From: Sphingobacteriales bacterium
Lineage (GTDB): Bacteria; Bacteroidota; Bacteroidia; Chitinophagales; Chitinophagaceae
Reading direction: 5' to 3'
Assembly: GCA_004295245.1 (NCBI GenBank)
Contig: REAR01000069.1
Location: 9,587 to 73,586, forward strand
Length of the DNA: 64,000 nucleotides
A model generated the notes under the pieces. The model made no database searches. It saw only the letters and a list, made by a program, of their open reading frames with translations, and was not told the origin of the DNA. Each line of letters opens with the position of its first letter. The stretch's first letter is position 1. Position numbers and translations under genes: made by a program. Below are positions 38,780-48,390 of this stretch, in pieces.

Positions 38780-39607
38780 ATGAGCCACCCATTTATTTGT
38801 TACAACGGTAAAATTATTAATGCAGCCAATGCAATTATAGCAGCAGGCAACCGCGGCTTGCGTTATGGCGATGGTTTGTTTGAAACCCTGCGTTATGAAA
38901 GCGGCACTATTGCATTTGCTTCTTTTCATTTTGAACGATTGTTTAAGGGCTTGCAATTGCTGCAGTTTGATTGCCCGGGTTATTTTACACCACAATACCT
39001 GCAAACACAAATAGAAGACCTTTGCAAAAGAAATAAAATGACCCGCGCAAGAGTGCGTTTAACCGTAGTAAGAGGAGATGGCGGTTTGTATGATGCTATC
39101 AATCATTTTCCAAATTGTATTATAGAAACCCTGCCCTTGCAACCCCGTATGTGGAATGAGAACGGCTTGGTAAGCGGCATTTACACTACCGCACAAAAAA
39201 ATGCAGATGTGCTGGCTAATTTAAAACACAATAATTACCTGCTTTATGTGCTGGCAGCATTACATGCCAAACAACAGCATTGGAACGATGCCATTGTAAC
39301 AAACAATCGCCACACCATTTGCGATAGCACCATTGCAAATGTATTTATTGTAAAAAATAAGGTGTTGCAAACCCCGCCTTTAACCGATGGTGCTGTGGCA
39401 GGTACCATACGCCGCTGGGTATTAGAGAACGCGACAAGTATTACCGGCATAAAATGCGAAGAAGTAACTATTGGGGCTGATGCATTATTTGCTGCCGACG
39501 AAATTTTTTTTACCAATGCTGTATATGGCATTCGGTGGGTGCAAAGCATAGAAAGTGCAACATATGGTTATCAATATAGCCGCCAACTTTTTAATATGCT
39601 GCCCTGA
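38780..39607 (+). CDS. Class IV aminotransferase family protein (aminodeoxychorismate lyase-like)
   Basis: The 275-aa protein has the N-terminal motif NRGLRYGDGLFETLR typical of fold-type IV PLP enzymes. Confidence 0.7.
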   Translation: MSHPFICYNGKIINAANAIIAAGNRGLRYGDGLFETLRYESGTIAFASFHFERLFKGLQLLQFDCPGYFTPQYLQTQIEDLCKRNKMTRARVRLTVVRGDGGLYDAINHFPNCIIETLPLQPRMWNENGLVSGIYTTAQKNADVLANLKHNNYLLYVLAALHAKQQHWNDAIVTNNRHTICDSTIANVFIVKNKVLQTPPLTDGAVAGTIRRWVLENATSITGIKCEEVTIGADALFAADEIFFTNAVYGIRWVQSIESATYGYQYSRQLFNMLP

Positions 39608-39663
39608 ACTTTTTAAATGTTGAACTGTTTGAGACGTTAAGTATTACCCAAAACAACCGGTTT

Positions 39664-40971
39664 ATGAAACAAGAGTTGAGTATTTGCTGGTTCAGAAGAG
39701 ACCTGCGTTTAACAGATCATGCTGCCTTATATCATGCACTAAAATCAGGTAGCCCCGTATTGCCAATTTTTATCTTCGATAAAAATATTTTGGATGAACT
39801 GGAGGATAAAGACGACAAAAGAGTAGCATTTATTTATCAGGCTATTTTAGCCATGCAACAACAACTTGTAGCAATGGGCAGTAGCATGCAGGTTTTTTAC
39901 AGCACTCCGATGCAAGTATTTAAAAACCTTTCTGAGCAATATAATATCAAAGCTGTTTTTACCAACCATGATTATGAGCCTTATGCAAAACAAAGAGATC
40001 AGCTTATTACAGATTTTCTTGCAACCATGGGTAGTGCTTTTAAAACCTATAAAGATCAGGTAATATTTGAAAAAGAGGAAGTAGTAAAAGACGATGGTAA
40101 ACCTTATAGTGTATTTACACCCTACAGCCGCAGGTGGAAGAGCTTGCTAACTTCATTTTACTATCAAAATTACCCGGTAGAAAAATATTATAATGCTTTC
40201 TACAAACAAAAACCCTATGCCATACCCACATTAGCAGCAATGGGTTTTACAGATAGCGGGTTTCAGTTTCCTTCTAAACAGCTGAAAGAAGAACTGGTAA
40301 AAAAGTACAGCCAGCAAAGAGATTATCCCGCTATTAATGGTACTTCTAAGCTGGGGGTTCATTTACGCTTTGGTACTATCAGTATACGGCAATTGGTGCA
40401 AAAAGCACTTCCATTAAATGAAACATATCTGAATGAATTAATCTGGCGAGATTTCTATCATATGATTTTATGGCATAACCCAGGGGTAGGAATGGGAAAA
40501 TCCTTCAAGCCGGAATATGATTTTATTGAATGGCGAAATAATGAAGAAGAATTTGCACGTTGGTGCGAAGGAAAAACGGGCTACCCCATTGTAGATGCAG
40601 GTATGCGAGAGTTAAATGAAACCGGCTATATGCACAACCGTGTAAGAATGATTGTAGCCTCTTTTCTTACCAAACATTTATTAATAGACTGGCGTTGGGG
40701 TGAGGCTTATTTTGGCCGCAAATTGCTTGATTTTGATTTGGCCGCCAATAATGGTGGCTGGCAATGGGCCAGCGGCAGTGGTTGCGATGCGGCACCTTAT
40801 TTCCGTGTATTTAACCCCTACCTGCAAACACAAAAATTTGATGCCAATTTAAAGTACATACAGCACTGGGTGCCCGAGTTAAATGAATTCAGCTATCCAC
40901 AACCCATAGTAGCGCATGAACTGGCCCGCAAGCGTTGTCTGGAAACTTACGCAAAAGCGCTGAAGAAATAA
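39664..40971 (+). CDS. Deoxyribodipyrimidine photolyase / cryptochrome family protein
   Basis: The 435-aa protein has CWFRRDLRLTDHAAL, WRDFY and TGYPIVDAGMRELNETGYMHNRVRMIVASFL. Confidence 0.9.
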   Translation: MKQELSICWFRRDLRLTDHAALYHALKSGSPVLPIFIFDKNILDELEDKDDKRVAFIYQAILAMQQQLVAMGSSMQVFYSTPMQVFKNLSEQYNIKAVFTNHDYEPYAKQRDQLITDFLATMGSAFKTYKDQVIFEKEEVVKDDGKPYSVFTPYSRRWKSLLTSFYYQNYPVEKYYNAFYKQKPYAIPTLAAMGFTDSGFQFPSKQLKEELVKKYSQQRDYPAINGTSKLGVHLRFGTISIRQLVQKALPLNETYLNELIWRDFYHMILWHNPGVGMGKSFKPEYDFIEWRNNEEEFARWCEGKTGYPIVDAGMRELNETGYMHNRVRMIVASFLTKHLLIDWRWGEAYFGRKLLDFDLAANNGGWQWASGSGCDAAPYFRVFNPYLQTQKFDANLKYIQHWVPELNEFSYPQPIVAHELARKRCLETYAKALKK

Positions 40972-41811
40972 TTACGCATGCAAAAACAGCGTATCCCTTT
41001 CAAATTCTTGTTGTTGATTTTTACCATACACATTCATTAACTGTAGCACAGCCGCCTTGCCGGTATCTGTTAAGTTGTAAGAATACCGGTTAACGTACAA
41101 ATCAATGTGCTGGCGCATTACTGCTTCCTCCATTTCTTGCGCATGTTTTTTTACATAGGCTGTTAATGTGTGGTAATTGTTTTTAAAAGCATAAGCTACG
41201 CTTTCATTAATCAGCGCATCTACTTGTTTTGCTACAGCCTCAGTTAGGCTGCGCTTGATTACAATGCCACCCAATGGAATGGGTGTGTGCGTTGTTTGCT
41301 CCCAATAGGTTCCCAGGTCAATTATTTTATGCAAGCCTTTTTGCTGGTAGGTAAACCGGTTTTCATGAATAATTACCCCCAACCCTTTTTGCTGCAATAC
41401 AAAATCCTCTATCTCATTATAGCGCAGAAAAATCTTATTGCGTGCATTGGGATACGCCAAAGAAAATAATAAGTGTGCTGTGGTATTTTCTCCCGGTATA
41501 GCAATGGGCATTTCATTTATCAGTTGGTTGGTTTGCAATAAGGGCTGATAACTTATTAATAATGGCCCCACGCCATTACCCAATGCACCACCGGCATTTA
41601 ATACAGCATACTGTTTATATATTAGTGGTAATACGCCGTAACTTATTTTAGTACAATCTAATTTTCCGGCAAGGGCCCACTCGTTTAAAGTTTGCACATC
41701 TTCCAGATGAATATTGAAAGTAATACCCGCTGTATCAATGGCACCGTTTACAAGGGCGTCAAAAATAAAAGTATCGTTTGGGCAGGGAGAAAACCCCAGA
41801 CTAATAGTCAT
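40972..41811 (-). CDS. mqnD: 1,4-dihydroxy-6-naphthoate synthase (futalosine pathway)
   Basis: The 279-aa protein has the N-terminal motif LGFSPCPNDTFIFDALV. It is adjacent to mqnB. Confidence 0.8.
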   Translation of the reverse strand: MTISLGFSPCPNDTFIFDALVNGAIDTAGITFNIHLEDVQTLNEWALAGKLDCTKISYGVLPLIYKQYAVLNAGGALGNGVGPLLISYQPLLQTNQLINEMPIAIPGENTTAHLLFSLAYPNARNKIFLRYNEIEDFVLQQKGLGVIIHENRFTYQQKGLHKIIDLGTYWEQTTHTPIPLGGIVIKRSLTEAVAKQVDALINESVAYAFKNNYHTLTAYVKKHAQEMEEAVMRQHIDLYVNRYSYNLTDTGKAAVLQLMNVYGKNQQQEFERDTLFLHA

Positions 41812-41816
41812 GAGCT

Positions 41817-42473
41817 TTAAATCAGTTTATTAATAATAGTAATCAGTTCTGTGTTCAGTACTTCAATAGCTGTAGCTATTTTCCATTTTGTTTTATCACG
41901 TTCTCCCACCATATTAGAGATGCTGCGTAATTGTAAAAAAGGTATTTTTTCTAAACTGGCCACATAATGCAATGCGGCACCCTCCATACTTTCTACTGCC
42001 GGGTTGTATTTTTTTATTAGCCGGTGTATTTGTTGTTCGTTGGTGGTTATCTGGTTAACCGTAATGCCGCTTACAATGGGTAGCCGGCATTTATCCAGCA
42101 AATGCTGATGGGTATTAACTATTTTCTTGTTAATAAAGGGTGGGTCCTGCCATCCTACCAGGTTTAAATCAAACAGGTCTTTAATTTCTTCGTTCTCAAT
42201 AGCCATCATATCACCAAATACTTCATCTTTTACCACAACAACGGTGCCCGGTTGGTGCAAAAGATGAAAGCTGCCGGCAATGCCAGCTTGTATAATTATC
42301 TCTGGCCGGCTTTTTAAAAGCTGTTTGCTTAACTGGTAGGTAGCGCTAACCATGCCCACACCGGTTATTATAACGCCAATCTGGTGGCGGCTGTTCAGAT
42401 ACATACGTTCTTGCAGGTATTGCACTACCGGCTGAATTTCCTGCGGGGTGGCCGCGGTTAACAGCAATTTCAT
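41817..42473 (-). CDS. mqnB: Futalosine hydrolase (nucleoside phosphorylase-like)
   Basis: The 218-aa protein has a PNP/UDP-type fold pattern (GVGMVSA, SMEGAALHYVA) and sits in mqnD context. Confidence 0.75.
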   Translation of the reverse strand: MKLLLTAATPQEIQPVVQYLQERMYLNSRHQIGVIITGVGMVSATYQLSKQLLKSRPEIIIQAGIAGSFHLLHQPGTVVVVKDEVFGDMMAIENEEIKDLFDLNLVGWQDPPFINKKIVNTHQHLLDKCRLPIVSGITVNQITTNEQQIHRLIKKYNPAVESMEGAALHYVASLEKIPFLQLRSISNMVGERDKTKWKIATAIEVLNTELITIINKLI

Positions 42474-42562
42474 GCTGCAAATATCTTAATAATCGGCTTA
42501 CCAGCCTGCATCCCTTTTTATGGGGGCTATATAGTACCTTTGGCAAAATTTTTTGAGGCATT

Positions 42563-42973
42563 ATGGTATATCTTACCCGGTTAGAACATTTTAATGCAGC
42601 ACATAAATTATACAACCCAAAATGGAGTGCTGAAAAAAACGAAGCAGTCTTTGGCAAATGCGCCAATGAAAACTGGCATGGTCACAATTATGAGTTGTTT
42701 GTTACTATTAAAGGGGAAGTGGATGAAGACACCGGCTTTTTATTTGACGTTAAAAAGTTAAGTGAGCTTATAAAAGTGCATGTAATAGATCAACTAGATC
42801 ATAAAAACCTGAACATGGATGTGGCTTTTATGAAAGACCAGATGTGTAGCACCGAAAACCTGGTAAAAGCCATTTGGCAACAACTGGCCCCGCATTTACC
42901 CGCTGCAGTTAAATTACATTGTTTAAAACTGTACGAAACCCCCCGCATTTATGTAGAGTATTTTGGAGAATAA
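42563..42973 (+). CDS. 6-pyruvoyl-tetrahydropterin synthase family protein (paralog 1)
   Basis: The 136-aa protein has FNAAHKLYNPKWSAEKNEAVFGKCANENWHGHNYEL (Cys-x5-HGH motif). Confidence 0.85.
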   Translation: MVYLTRLEHFNAAHKLYNPKWSAEKNEAVFGKCANENWHGHNYELFVTIKGEVDEDTGFLFDVKKLSELIKVHVIDQLDHKNLNMDVAFMKDQMCSTENLVKAIWQQLAPHLPAAVKLHCLKLYETPRIYVEYFGE

Positions 42974-43042
42974 CCTTTGTTACAAAAACAAAATAGCAGC
43001 CTTGCTGTTATTAGCCTTGTACAAAAAGACAGCGCACCAACT

Positions 43043-43459
43043 ATGAGTAAAAAAGTGGCCGTTTACAGAAGAGAACATTTTAACGCCGCACACCGGTTAT
43101 ACAATCCGCAGTGGGATGACGCTACCAATGACGCGGTGTTTGGCAAATGCAACAATCCCAATTTTCATGGGCATAATTACGAGCTGGAAGTAAAAGTTTC
43201 TGGCATACCCGATGTGCAAACCGGTTATGTAATGGATATGAAATTACTTTCTGATCTTATTAAAGAACATGTGCTGGAGGTATTTGACCATCGCAACCTT
43301 AATAAAGATGTAAGCTATTTTGAAAAATTAAACCCAACGGCAGAAAACATAGCCGTGGTTATTTATGAAATTTTAAGAAAGCAACTACACAAAAAATTTG
43401 ATCTGCAGGTGCGCTTGTATGAAACGCCCCGCAATTTTGTAGAGTACCCGGCATCTTAA
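43043..43459 (+). CDS. 6-pyruvoyl-tetrahydropterin synthase family protein (paralog 2)
   Basis: The motif is FNAAHRLYNPQWDDATNDAVFGKCNNPNFHGHNYEL. The start is placed at the ATG at 43043 (MSKKVAVYRREH) rather than the TTG at 42977. Confidence 0.85.
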   Translation: MSKKVAVYRREHFNAAHRLYNPQWDDATNDAVFGKCNNPNFHGHNYELEVKVSGIPDVQTGYVMDMKLLSDLIKEHVLEVFDHRNLNKDVSYFEKLNPTAENIAVVIYEILRKQLHKKFDLQVRLYETPRNFVEYPAS

Positions 43460-43473
43460 AAAATAAATTTATG

Positions 43474-43642
43474 AAACCGGCGGTAGCAATAATGACGGCA
43501 GTGGTTGCGTCGCACCTGTTAACAGCATATCATTATTCAGCAATATAAATACCGTACAATAAATAAACAATTGGTTGCATAACGTGTTATAGTATAAGTG
43601 TGCGACGCAAGAATGTTGAACACGGTACTATTGCTGATTACA
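43474..43642. repeat. Dispersed element, paired arms
   Basis: The left core GGTTGCGTCGCACCTGT is at 43503-43519 and the right core AAGTGTGCGACGCAAG at 43596-43611. The terminal GCTGATTACA is at 43633-43642. Confidence 0.8.
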
Positions 43643-43660
43643 AAAAAATAAAAACTACTA

Positions 43661-44257
43661 ATGGCATACAGTAAAATAGAAAAATACGATGAACAGATAA
43701 CAGAAGGTTTGGTGGTAAACTACCGTGAGGCACTATCGTTATTGGGCGAAGACCCAACAAGAGAAGGCTTGCTAAAAACACCAGAACGGGTAGCCAAGGC
43801 CATGCAATATTTAACACAGGGCTACCAACTGGATGCTGGTGCTATCTTAAACTCAGCAAAGTTTCACGAAGATGTAAGTGAAATGATTATTGTAAAAGAT
43901 ATTGAGCTGTATAGTATGTGCGAACATCATATGCTGCCTTTTTACGGCAAGGCGCATGTGGCTTATATACCCAATGGTTATATAACCGGCTTAAGTAAAA
44001 TTGCAAGAGTGGTAGATGTGTTTGCCCGCCGCTTGCAGGTGCAGGAACGATTGACCCACCAGGTAATGGATGTTATTAAAGATACATTAAACCCCTTGGG
44101 TGTAGCCGTAGTTATTGAGGCTTCTCACCTTTGTATGATGATGCGTGGGGTGCAAAAACAAAACTCTGTTACCACCACGTCTGCCTTTTGCGGTCAATTT
44201 GAAAAGAATGAAACCCGCGGCGAATTTATACGGCTAATAGGTGCTCAACTGCATTAA
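43661..44257 (+). CDS. folE: GTP cyclohydrolase I
   Basis: The 198-aa protein has the motifs CEHHMLPF and [10 protein letters not shown]. Confidence 0.9.
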   Translation: MAYSKIEKYDEQITEGLVVNYREALSLLGEDPTREGLLKTPERVAKAMQYLTQGYQLDAGAILNSAKFHEDVSEMIIVKDIELYSMCEHHMLPFYGKAHVAYIPNGYITGLSKIARVVDVFARRLQVQERLTHQVMDVIKDTLNPLGVAVVIEASHLCMMMRGVQKQNSVTTTSAFCGQFEKNETRGEFIRLIGAQLH

Positions 44258-44282
44258 CAAATAACTTTATTTTACTTTTTTT

Positions 44283-44330
44283 AAGGTTTGCCTGAAAGTT
44301 ATACATACTTCAGGCAAACCTTTTATATTT
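44283..44330 (+). terminator. folE terminator
   Basis: The long stem AAGGTTTGCCTGAA/TTCAGGCAAACCTT is followed by TTTATATTT. Confidence 0.75.
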
Positions 44331-44351
44331 GAAGCCATAATAAGAAGCAAT

Positions 44352-45242
44352 ATGAAACATGCATTTGTATTTCCCGGACAGGGCTCGCAATTTAAGGGTA
44401 TGGGTAAAGACCATTATGACAACAGTGCGTTTGGTAAAAAATTATTTGAGCAGGCTAACGAAATTTTAAAGTTTCGTATTTCGGATATTATGTTTGAAGG
44501 GTCTGATGAAGATTTAAAACAAACCAATGTAACACAACCGGCTGTTTTTTTACATTCGGTAATTGCTTATAAAAGTATTGAAGGTGCACGGCCCGATATG
44601 GTGGCTGGTCATTCTTTAGGTGAGTTTTCTGCACTGGTGGCCAATGGTACGTTGAGTTTTGAAGATGCGTTGCAATTGGTAAGCATTCGTGCAAAGGCCA
44701 TGCAAAAAGCTTGTGAGTTAACACCCTCTACCATGGCCGCTGTATTAGCACTGGCCGATGATAAAGTAGTGGCTATTTGCCAAGAGGTGACCAATGAAAC
44801 AGGCGAAGTAGTGGTAGCGGCAAACTATAATTGCCCCGGCCAGTTGGTTATTAGCGGCAGCATAAAGGGTATTGAAATAGCTTGCGAACGCATGAAAGCT
44901 GCTGGTGCAAAAAGAGCATTGGTATTGCCTGTAGGAGGTGCTTTTCACTCTCCGTTAATGGAGCCTGCTAAAGATGAGTTGAAAGCGGCTATTGAAAAAA
45001 CAACTTTTCATCAGCCCACGGCCCATGTGTATCAAAACGTGGTGGCTAAAGCGGTGTACGACAGGGATGAAATAAAACAAAACCTGATTGACCAATTAAC
45101 CGGTGCCGTGCGTTGGACACAGAGTGTGCAAACAATGGTTACTGATGGAGCTTCTAAATTTACGGAGGTTGGCCCGGGTAAGGTATTGCAGGGGTTAGTT
45201 TTAAAAATAGATAAAACCATGCAGGTAGATGGCGTTGCATAA
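44352..45242 (+). CDS. fabD: ACP S-malonyltransferase
   Basis: The 296-aa protein has FVFPGQGSQ and GHSLGEFSAL. Confidence 0.9.
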   Translation: MKHAFVFPGQGSQFKGMGKDHYDNSAFGKKLFEQANEILKFRISDIMFEGSDEDLKQTNVTQPAVFLHSVIAYKSIEGARPDMVAGHSLGEFSALVANGTLSFEDALQLVSIRAKAMQKACELTPSTMAAVLALADDKVVAICQEVTNETGEVVVAANYNCPGQLVISGSIKGIEIACERMKAAGAKRALVLPVGGAFHSPLMEPAKDELKAAIEKTTFHQPTAHVYQNVVAKAVYDRDEIKQNLIDQLTGAVRWTQSVQTMVTDGASKFTEVGPGKVLQGLVLKIDKTMQVDGVA

Positions 45243-45281
45243 AAATTATAGCAACTGAAATAATAATTTTCTAAAGGCATT

Positions 45282-45318
45282 ACAAAAAAAATCCCCGCAG
45301 CAAGCAGGGATTTTTTGT
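45282..45318. terminator. Bidirectional terminator between fabD and xylA
   Basis: ACAAAAAAAATCCC ... GGGATTTTTTGT forms a hairpin with an A-run on one side and a T-run on the other. Confidence 0.7.
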
Positions 45319-45333
45319 AAGGAGGCTGAGTTA

Positions 45334-46662
45334 CTAAATGAAACGGTTAATTAAATTTTCATAGTACTCCAGTTTACCACTGCGCATAGCAGGCTCTCCA
45401 TTGTTCACAGCATAGTTTCTTAAATCTTCTAAGGTCATTGCTCCTTCAGTAAAGGCTTTACCTTCTTTACTGTTAAAAGAAGCATAGCGATCTTCTCTTA
45501 GTTTATTATACTCGCCATCTTTAATAATTGCGTCGGCAATTACCAATGCTCTTGCAAACATATCCATGCCACCAATATGTGCATAGAACAAATCAGCAGC
45601 ATCTGTACTGTTGCGGCGTATTTTAGCATCAAAGTTAATGCCACCACCTGCAAAGCCACCTGCTTCTAATATCACCAGCATGGCTTCTGTTAATTCATTA
45701 ATGTTATTCGGAAACTGATCGGTATCCCATCCATTCTGATAATCGCCGCGGTTGGCATCAATACTGCCCAGCATACCGGCATCTGCAGCCACCTGTAACT
45801 CGTGTGTAAAAGTATGGCCCGCTAATGTAGCGTGGTTTACCTCTACATTAATTTTAAAATCACTCAGCAAATTGTACTCACGTAAAAAACTAATTACAGT
45901 AGCACTGTCATAATCGTACTGGTGCTTGGTAGGCTCGCAGGGTTTGGGCTCAATAAAGAAAGTGCCTTTAAAACCATTGCGGCGGGCATAGTCTTTTGCG
46001 GTGTGTAAAAAGCGGGCCAGGTGCTCCTGTTCTTTTTTCATATTGGTGTTCAGCAAGCTCATGTAACCTTCTCGGCCACCCCAAAACACATATCCACCAC
46101 CACCTAATTCAATGGTAGCGTCCATAGCAGCTTTTACCTGTGCAGCGCCATGTGTTAATACATGAAAATCGGGGTTGGTGGCTGCGCCGTTCATATACCG
46201 CTCGTGGCTGAAGAGGTTGGCTGTGCCCCACAATAGTTGTATGCCGCTGGCTTTTTGTTTTTCTTTTGCGTAAGCTGTTAAAGCTTGCAGGCGTTTATCG
46301 TTTTCGTTAATATCATTGCCGTAATCCACCACATCCACATCGTGAAAGCAATAGAAAGGCAGGTTCATTTTCGTCATAAATTCAAAAGCAGCATCCATTT
46401 TATCTTTGGCTCTTTCTACCGCATCTGCTTTTTCATCCCATGCAAAAAAATGAGTGCGGCCACCAAAGGGGTCTGCGCCATTGCCGCAGAAGCTGTGCCA
46501 ATAGGCGCAGGCAAAGCGCAAATGCTCTTTCATGGTTTTGCCAGCCACTACTTTATTTTCATCGTACCATCTGAAGGCTAATGGATTTTTTGATTGTAAA
46601 CCTTCATATTGAATTTTTCCGATGCCTTTGAAAAATTCTTTGTTACCTGTAACGATACTCAT
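45334..46662 (-). CDS. xylA: Xylose isomerase
   Basis: The 442-aa protein has WGGREGY and [18 protein letters not shown]. Confidence 0.95.
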   Translation of the reverse strand: MSIVTGNKEFFKGIGKIQYEGLQSKNPLAFRWYDENKVVAGKTMKEHLRFACAYWHSFCGNGADPFGGRTHFFAWDEKADAVERAKDKMDAAFEFMTKMNLPFYCFHDVDVVDYGNDINENDKRLQALTAYAKEKQKASGIQLLWGTANLFSHERYMNGAATNPDFHVLTHGAAQVKAAMDATIELGGGGYVFWGGREGYMSLLNTNMKKEQEHLARFLHTAKDYARRNGFKGTFFIEPKPCEPTKHQYDYDSATVISFLREYNLLSDFKINVEVNHATLAGHTFTHELQVAADAGMLGSIDANRGDYQNGWDTDQFPNNINELTEAMLVILEAGGFAGGGINFDAKIRRNSTDAADLFYAHIGGMDMFARALVIADAIIKDGEYNKLREDRYASFNSKEGKAFTEGAMTLEDLRNYAVNNGEPAMRSGKLEYYENLINRFI

Positions 46663-46683
46663 AATTGATCTGTTTTAGTTTTT

Positions 46684-46785
46684 TGTTGCCAGCAGTTGCG
46701 CTTTGTGCAGCATTTGTTGCGTCGCACACTTCAGCTGAAAAGTGCGACGCAACGATGCTATATAGCATTACTACTGCTGGTTACC
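46684..46785. repeat. Dispersed element, compact paired form, between xylB and xylA
   Basis: GCATTTGTTGCGTCGCAC, a 14-nt loop and GTGCGACGCAACGATGC form an approximately 17-bp stem (cores at 46716-46731 and 46738-46752). The outer arms are CCAGCAG / CTGCTGG. The element ends 4 nt from the xylB stop. Confidence 0.85.
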
Positions 46786-46788
46786 TGT

Positions 46789-48276
46789 TTATAAGAACTT
46801 ATTTAATTGTTGCTGCCATTGTGCATAAACATTGTTATACACGGCTGCTTTTGTGGGTTCAATACGGGCCAGTGGTTTAAACTTGCTAAACGCTTCTGCA
46901 CTGTTTTTATAATAACCCACGCCAATGCCGGCACCCAATGCGGCGCCTACGCTGCCATCATTATTATACAACTCTACCGGGGTGTTGGTGGTGTTTACAA
47001 ATGCTTCTGTAAACACGCTGCTTAAAAACATATTGGCATTACCGGCACGTATTACAGCGGGTGTAATGCCATTGCTGCGCATAATATCTAATCCGTATCT
47101 AAAGGCGCAGGCAATACCTTCTTGCCCGGCACGGTACATATGGGCTGCGCTGTGGCGGTTTAAATCTACACCGGTTATTTGTGTACCAATTAGTTTATTA
47201 TTAAATATGCGTTCAGCGCCATTGCCAAAAGGTAAAATGCTCATACCATCGGCACCCGGTGTTATGCCTGCGGCAGCTTCATTTAATTGCGCATAACTGC
47301 TATTGCCACCAAAATTATTCTTCAGCCATTTGTTTAAAATGCCTGTGCCATTAATGCAAAGCAGTACGCCAATTCTTTTATTGGTATTGCTATGGTTTAC
47401 GTGTGCAAAACTGTTTACCCTAGATAGTGCATCATAATCTGCACTATCACTTACTGCATAAATAACACCCGATGTGCCGGCGGTGGCTGCTACCTCGCCG
47501 GGTTGCAATACATTTAACGAAAGTGCATTATTGGGCTGGTCTCCTGCTTTGTAAGAAACAGGAATACCAGCCTTTAATAATAATGCTTCTGCTATTGGTT
47601 GTTTTAACGAGCCGTGACATGAGAAAGCGGGTTGTATTGTTGGAATGATGGATGCCGCAAAACCAAAATGCTGCATTACATCATTGCTCAGTGTGTCGTT
47701 TTTAAAATCCCAGAAAATACCTTCACTTAAAGCCGATGGACTGGTGGTGGTTTGTCCGGTTAATTGTAGGGCAATAAAATCTCCGGGTAGTAATACTTTA
47801 TCAATATTATCATAAACTTCGGGTTCTTGCTCTTTTACCCAGGCCAGTTTGGCAGCGGTAAAATTGCCGGGGCTGTTTAGTAAATGCTGCAGCGCTTTGC
47901 TGTGGCCAATAGCATCAAATGCTTTTTGGCCATAAGGCACGGCGCGGCTATCGCACCAGATAATACTATTACGTAAAACCTTTTGTTGTTTATTAATACA
48001 AACCAAGCCGTGCATTTGGTAGGCAATACCAATGGCACCAATAGCATCAGGATTGTACAGAGAAGTAGCATGAGCTTTTAAGATGGCTTGCTGGGTAAAG
48101 TTCCACCAATCTTCTGCAGACTGCTCGGCCCAGCCGGGTTGTAAAGAAAGAATCGAAGCCTCAGTTTCGGGGTATTGCGCAGTGGCTATGCATTGCTGGG
48201 TGGCGGCATCTACCACAGAAACCTTTACAGAAGAAGTACCTACATCAATACCTAATAGCAGCATATGGCGCAACAA
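46789..48276 (-). CDS. xylB: Xylulokinase (FGGY family)
   Basis: The 495-aa protein has LGIDVGTSSVKV at the N-terminus and an FGGY C-terminal pattern. It lies directly upstream of xylA. Confidence 0.85.
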   Translation of the reverse strand: MLRHMLLLGIDVGTSSVKVSVVDAATQQCIATAQYPETEASILSLQPGWAEQSAEDWWNFTQQAILKAHATSLYNPDAIGAIGIAYQMHGLVCINKQQKVLRNSIIWCDSRAVPYGQKAFDAIGHSKALQHLLNSPGNFTAAKLAWVKEQEPEVYDNIDKVLLPGDFIALQLTGQTTTSPSALSEGIFWDFKNDTLSNDVMQHFGFAASIIPTIQPAFSCHGSLKQPIAEALLLKAGIPVSYKAGDQPNNALSLNVLQPGEVAATAGTSGVIYAVSDSADYDALSRVNSFAHVNHSNTNKRIGVLLCINGTGILNKWLKNNFGGNSSYAQLNEAAAGITPGADGMSILPFGNGAERIFNNKLIGTQITGVDLNRHSAAHMYRAGQEGIACAFRYGLDIMRSNGITPAVIRAGNANMFLSSVFTEAFVNTTNTPVELYNNDGSVGAALGAGIGVGYYKNSAEAFSKFKPLARIEPTKAAVYNNVYAQWQQQLNKFL

Positions 48277-48390
48277 TTTAGAAAAGCAAATTACCCACTG
48301 CCAGCAGTTTTTCCTTCCACTTTATTGTTGAAAACAACAACTATTTTAATAAAAATTATAAATTAGCAGTAATAAATTGCTTAAGATAGT

